A DNA stretch of 64,000 bases from Chrysomallon squamiferum (lineage: Eukaryota > Animalia > Mollusca). Positions 57,918 to 64,000 of the stretch are shown here, one piece after another. The notes beneath the pieces are model-generated. The model searched no databases. It worked only from the letters and a program-made list of their open reading frames with translations, and had not been told where the DNA came from. Made by a program: the position numbers and the translations under genes. How positions within the stretch are numbered: position 1 is the stretch's first letter; each line of letters begins with the position of its first letter. Where the stretch lies: positions 4,340,001 through 4,404,000 of the forward strand of contig CM022679.1 of assembly GCA_012295275.1 (NCBI GenBank). The letters run 5' to 3'.

Positions 57918-60580
57918 CCTAACAAAAATGCTAGACATTCCAGAGTGAAGTTTGTAGTAACGACTCTCTAACTCTAGTTTACTGCTAATTTATGTTAATA
58001 AGAACAAGGCTTTATGTTGCTTGCAGCTTTGGATTTGATTTAACGAACAGTTAAGAATAATTTGGCATTCACAGAGATAATTCTGAGATATTCACTATTA
58101 TGCTGCATAACACTTTGCCAAATGCATTGCAACATTACGTTTCAGCTGAAGCAATATCTTTAGTGTTTTACAACTGATATCTCAACCTGCACACTTAAAT
58201 TGGCCCACATTAATTTTTAATCCTGAAGACTGACTGATGTCCCTTGAGTCCTTTAAAGTTTTAAACGTCTCGTTTTCAGAAATGTTTTAATCAGGGGTCT
58301 CAAAACAGTTGACGTAATTCTGGATCCTATTAAAAATTACCTGGTTTCAATGTTTTATACAGTCATTCTAAATGTATGTGAGTGGGTGTGTGTGTGTCTC
58401 TGTCTGTCTCTGCATATAACAGTATCTTTGCTTTAATGATCTTAATAACCTAAAACGCTCTGTTACAATATTGCGGATATTAAACGCTCAAATCGCTTGA
58501 ACGTGTCTTTAGAACGCATCCACTTTATGACCTCAGAGACCTATCTGCACTTCAGTTATTATAACGCTAAAAAAAAAAAAAACATAACCAATTTATTTAC
58601 GTAATAATATAAAAATAGAGCGAATAATTTTCATATGCTTTAATATCATTCAACTAATAGTTCACGCATATAACAAATACGTTAAAGCTTTTATTATAAT
58701 ATAGCCAATATATAGCGAAAAAAAAAAAACCCAGTAAAAAGTGATAAAATTCTCAACCGAAGCTTAGTGGAATATAAATATTAGTTTAACCGATGTGAAC
58801 CTGCTTACACAGAGTTTCTGTTGGTTCCTGCGTTTAACCGCGTGTATTTCTTAAATATAACGATACAGAGAGCAAAATGTCTTTAATGTACCTACAAAAG
58901 AGGTGTTATTTTCTTTCTTTGTTTATTTTCCGTGCAGTATGTGTTAAAGATCTCATCCGTGTTTCTCCACCCGAGTGTTTATATTATATTATATATGTGT
59001 GTGTGTATATATATATATAGACCAACAAAAACAGTAGTAATAGAAAATAACAACAACCACAACCAAAATAATAACAACAACAGCAGTAATTGCAAGTAAA
59101 GTGTACTTGCCCTTAGTTCAATGATACGTTTTCAGTAAATCAAAGAAGCAAAAGATAAAGAAATATACTGACATATCACGCAACCGAACATGTGTTTGAC
59201 CCGGTAATTTCTTATTGATAACTCGAAGTGTTATTTTCACTGACGTGATAACCCCCTTCGTTGCTGATTTGATAACACAGATTGCTTTGTGTTCCACGAC
59301 CACTAATACAGTGTCACATGATGCTGTATTATGTACAGATTTGTCTAATATCCAACTGAAGCATATATACACGTCTTACACTCTCCAGTAAAATCACTTT
59401 TATTTTTCCTTTCTGTCACTACCTTACTCATTTGCAGCATAAGCCTATTGACCTTAACTGAGTAAACCAACACAAGAATAATAATACATAAGTGATACGT
59501 ACGTATATACATACATACATACATACATACATACTACATCCATCCATCCATACATATATACATACATACACGCATATATACATATATTTTGGGGGATGAG
59601 AGGGGTTTTTTTTTCGTTTTTATTAGTAGGATTATTATTTTTATTTATTTATTTTCTTACTTCTAAAAAAGATATTCTTTAATTATTTTATTATTATTAT
59701 ATATATATTTTTTTTAAATTTATTTCAGTTCAGCATACAGTTTACAGTAAGGCAACTATTTAGTATCGATTAAAAGATAAAACTACACAGAACGAACTAC
59801 TGAGTATAAAAAGCATCAGAATTAGCTACAATAAAAAAACACATCTCTTCAGTTCTGTCGACAACAAAACAACAAAATGTTTTATCCACGTGTCTAAACA
59901 AGTAGACGAATAAACAACAAAAGAAACGAGAGGAACATTTATTACAGAAATCAAAGAAAGCGGTGTCACAGAGGAACTGTTGTGATTGGTAACACATGGT
60001 CAGTTTGTCGGTGTTTTTCTCCAAACAGCGAAGTCCCAAGACCATCCATGCGTTATGGATAACTTACGAGTACCGCAGACAGAAATTGCATAATAACAGA
60101 CTTTAATATACGTTTTGCTGGATTTCGTGTTTCTCATCTGGCCAGTGACTTAAGAATGGAAACCTCCAGAGGAAAATATTGCGAGTTCTGGTCGCGTCGG
60201 CGGAGTTTTCAGAATTAAATTACAGTGAATTTTAAATTATTTAGTCAAGTATCAAATATCAAGTGAATGTGAAAACCCGAGACAGAAATGATATAAAAAT
60301 GGTATTGTCATCCTGCCTGAGAGGGCTCGTGGAATATTTGGAATTTTTAAATAATGCTACAAAATAAATTACACTTCTGTTGGTTTATTTTAATCTACTG
60401 GGTATCTACGCCGGTCGCCTATTTCAGGTTTAAAGTCTTAAAATAATTATACATGCATGGTAGTTGTAATGAATACGCTTTAGGAGTTGCTGTAAAAGAA
60501 TATAAACTTATTTTCCAAGATGGCCACATTCAGCCTAGTGATGAATAAGAAAAAAAAAATAATAATAAAGAAAAAAAGAA

Positions 60581-60592
60581 AGATAGATAGAT

Positions 60593-60659
<67 letters not shown>

Positions 60660-60705
60660 TAGGTAAATAGATGGACAGATGGATGGATGGGTTGATGGAT
60701 GGATC
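60581..60705. repeat. (AGAT)n plus (GGAT)n microsatellite
   Basis: Seen directly. Confidence 0.93.
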
Positions 60706-61350
60706 AATAAACAGAAAGAGTCAGCAGATAAATAGATAGACTGATAGATAAACGGATAGATCAGTGATGATAAAAAACTGATTATGTTAAGAGCGAAAAG
60801 ATATCCAGTAAGAAATAGCCGGTTGCTCAGAAGAAGATTTTACACACATCGTTGCAAACTGAGTTTTGGCTGATGAGCAAGCGCGGCTGCTCAAGGCTGT
60901 GCAGTAGTTTATCAGTGACAGTATGAGTGATAGGGTGGCAGTGTGAGTGATAGGGTGTGCAAGTGTGATAAATAGCCAAAGTTTTCTTGTGACACATATT
61001 CCTATCACTGTCACAGTCTCTACCCATCTAAAACTTTAATACGTTATGGAGTTTTAGCCTATTACAGTGTTACATTTGTTAAAAGCAAACGATTGATATT
61101 AAGATTTCCCTCACTGCACAATGCACACCATTAATAATATAGCCTTTGTACAGTTTTTTGACATTTTAACATACTTCTCATCAGCACAAAATAGATGATG
61201 AATACAGGTATATACTCACACAAGGGCGGTAACTCTAAATATATCAGTGAACATCTCTCACAGAAGAAAAACAAACGGTGAACATTCTTACAGCAGAAAA
61301 CCAACTGGGACAGATAGACGAGAACCTGGGATACAAAGAGAGAGACTGGT

Positions 61351-61448
<98 letters not shown>

Positions 61449-62065
61449 AATTAGAAACGTAATAAATAAATAAATAAAAACGTCCAAGAAACGGAGAATA
61501 TAAAAAACAAAATAAAATGCATCACAGTTAAATGAATAATTTCTGCAAAAATAAAATTGTTTTGTGATTCAGTAGATGGTATGAAAACAATTAAACAAAT
61601 AGTGCTTGTGGACATTTAAAAAAAAAGGTAATTTAGATGATAACAGTTGCAGACATAAACGTCACTGAATTAATAATTGCAATGTAAGTAAAATTAATGG
61701 TATCTTCAAAAGTTTCGAAAGAAATATATCAATTTGAAATTCACTTTGGTGTTGTCACATAATGGCATGCTTAATACAAATGAATAAATGGAAAAAACGA
61801 AATTAATATTTTATAAACGATTTTTTTTTTTTCAAATGTAATATTTTTTTTTATTTTTTTTGTTTAAAAAGACTAGGCGCAGCTAACTGGAAAATGTGTG
61901 AGAATGTTTTAGTTATAATTATATTATATGGCTGGATGTTAATGAAATAATTTCATACATGATAAAATATTCATAAATTCCTTTATTTGATTTTTCTGTT
62001 TGTCCGTTCTTTCCGTCTTGACAACACTTTAAATATTCATATGAACAAACATGTATACAGACACA

Positions 62066-62103
<38 letters not shown>

Positions 62104-62156
62104 CATTCAGATTTTACAGTAGAAGATCAATGTTAACAATAGAAGATTATTGGCAA

Positions 62157-62157
<1 letters not shown>

Positions 62158-62229
<72 letters not shown>

Positions 62230-62275
62230 GTTGTTGTTGTTGTTGTTGTTATTATTATTGTTGTTGTTGTTGTTA
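62158..62275. repeat. (TTA)n(TTG)n microsatellite
   Basis: Seen directly. Confidence 0.95.
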
Positions 62276-62714
62276 TATTTTAAAATTAATTTACACACAC
62301 TATGTGTGTGTTTTTTTATCCCAGAGACTGAAAACAGCGAAGCATTGTCACATATTGTTCCAACACGTTTTTCCTCGATTCTTCCTTTAGGTACCATTCG
62401 TTGAAACAGGTCAAACTTTACTAAATTGATTTCGCTTAATCTCTTTAAAAACGGTCGCTGTTAGATTTAATCTTGCTGGGTGTCAGTCAACTTCGCACTT
62501 GGTAATAATGATTTTGATTATTTTATAAATTCATTACTAAAAGCTTTCATTTTTTTTTTTTTTTTTTTCATTTTTTTTTTTTTTTTTCATGTGAATTGAT
62601 AGAGTATTTCTACGATAAAAATAAAATCGATCGGGTGCTTTTGTTTCATTTGTAATAATTTGTTTTGTTTGTTGCCTGTTTTCTGCATCTTAGAAAGAAA
62701 GAGACTGAAAAAAG

Positions 62715-62798
<84 letters not shown>

Positions 62799-63189
62799 AT
62801 TGTATTTTATTGTTGTCTTTGTTTAATATACATATATATACACACTCATGTAAGTCTGTATTCATGAAAGTGATATATTTACATCTAATTATCGTTTTGG
62901 GAGTAAATTGGAAAACAAATTAAGGGAGGCAATACACGTAATGTATTTCCTACCGTTCTTGGAGTTATCTCATACTGATTTAAATTTGGAAAACCATACT
63001 CCTATTAAATAATATCACTGAGTTCGCACTGGTCTCACCACTTAATCACTAGACTATGCAAGAAAGGCATCAGCAATGATTTAAGCCCAATATTACAAAA
63101 TTGTGTACTTTTGAAATTAGTATAAGTATTATTCCGGTAAGGTCCAGATTTCTGTCACCAATTTTTATTATCATTATTATTATTATTAT

Positions 63190-63220
<31 letters not shown>

Positions 63221-63776
63221 GACAGTTTGATCAGTTTTAAGGTCAAATTCGTGGTTTTGAAGCTCCTAGTATACAAAACCTATATTGCATATCTTATACA
63301 CATATTAACTTCTCAGCAGTAATTAAGCAGCATATAAAATACTGGAGATGTAGTTCACGGCACAGTATTTCAACATCCAAGAAGTCATTATTATCTGAGA
63401 AAATAATTAACTATTGATTGCAGATTACCTTCCCAGTTTATTATTACTGCTACGAAAACGAAATGAAGGATTACCTTGCTTCACACATTTGGCCGAATGT
63501 AGGTTAAATAATTTCAGGGATAAACTGTATTAAACTGAAATTAACAAAAGAAGAAGAAAAAAAAAAAAAGAATCGTTACTGATCACAATTCAGAAATCTC
63601 ACTGATTATGATTTGAGTATTACGGGGTATACAAAGACTTGATGGAATATAGAAGATTATGGTTTTGCTTTTGCGGTGAAAGTACACGCAGTACGTACAT
63701 TATAACTTGTCAGTAAAAGAGATTTATAATTATGGTAGGAGTGAATTTGATCTCTACAACAATAACAACAACAACA

Positions 63777-63829
<53 letters not shown>

Positions 63830-64000
63830 TAATAAATAAATAAACACAAAAAAATGATCGTCACTTAAGTTCTAATATATATAGCTATGCAATTCGTATA
63901 CTGTCAAATATAAGACGTTGCTGAACAAATACATAAATATCGGAATAACTCTGTTTTCCACTGAGAAATCGTAGTTATCTCCCTTCCATGAACAACTTGT

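Overview
This is AT-rich, microsatellite-dense eukaryotic genomic DNA, most consistent with a mollusc or other lophotrochozoan (an inference from repeat landscape and protein type; the species cannot be determined here). Nearly all ORFs in the supplied track are simple-repeat artefacts. One complete protein-coding gene can be assembled by hand on the minus strand: a Cys-loop ligand-gated ion channel of the nicotinic acetylcholine receptor alpha type. Its seven coding exons are 40568-40505, 32118-31913, 31055-30946, 30465-30011, 29338-29252, 28806-28691 and 27970-27521. All six introns are GT-AG with matching phases, and the CDS is 1488 nt (495 aa plus stop). The ACh-binding site looks intact (loop A Y, loop B W, loop C YTCC..Y, loop D W), but the cation-selectivity GEK motif is replaced by PAK, and M2 carries Q2', I9', K16' and K20'. 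That predicts an acetylcholine-gated chloride (inhibitory) channel of the Lymnaea LnAChR-B type. Other notable structure: a 260-bp, 97%-identical direct duplication rich in TF motifs in coding intron 1; complementary (AG)n/(CT)n tracts bracketing a 768-nt in-frame exon block; several degenerate minisatellites; candidate upstream 5'UTR exons; and a roughly 27-kb non-coding left half with CpG-rich islands and a perfect DR1 nuclear-receptor element.
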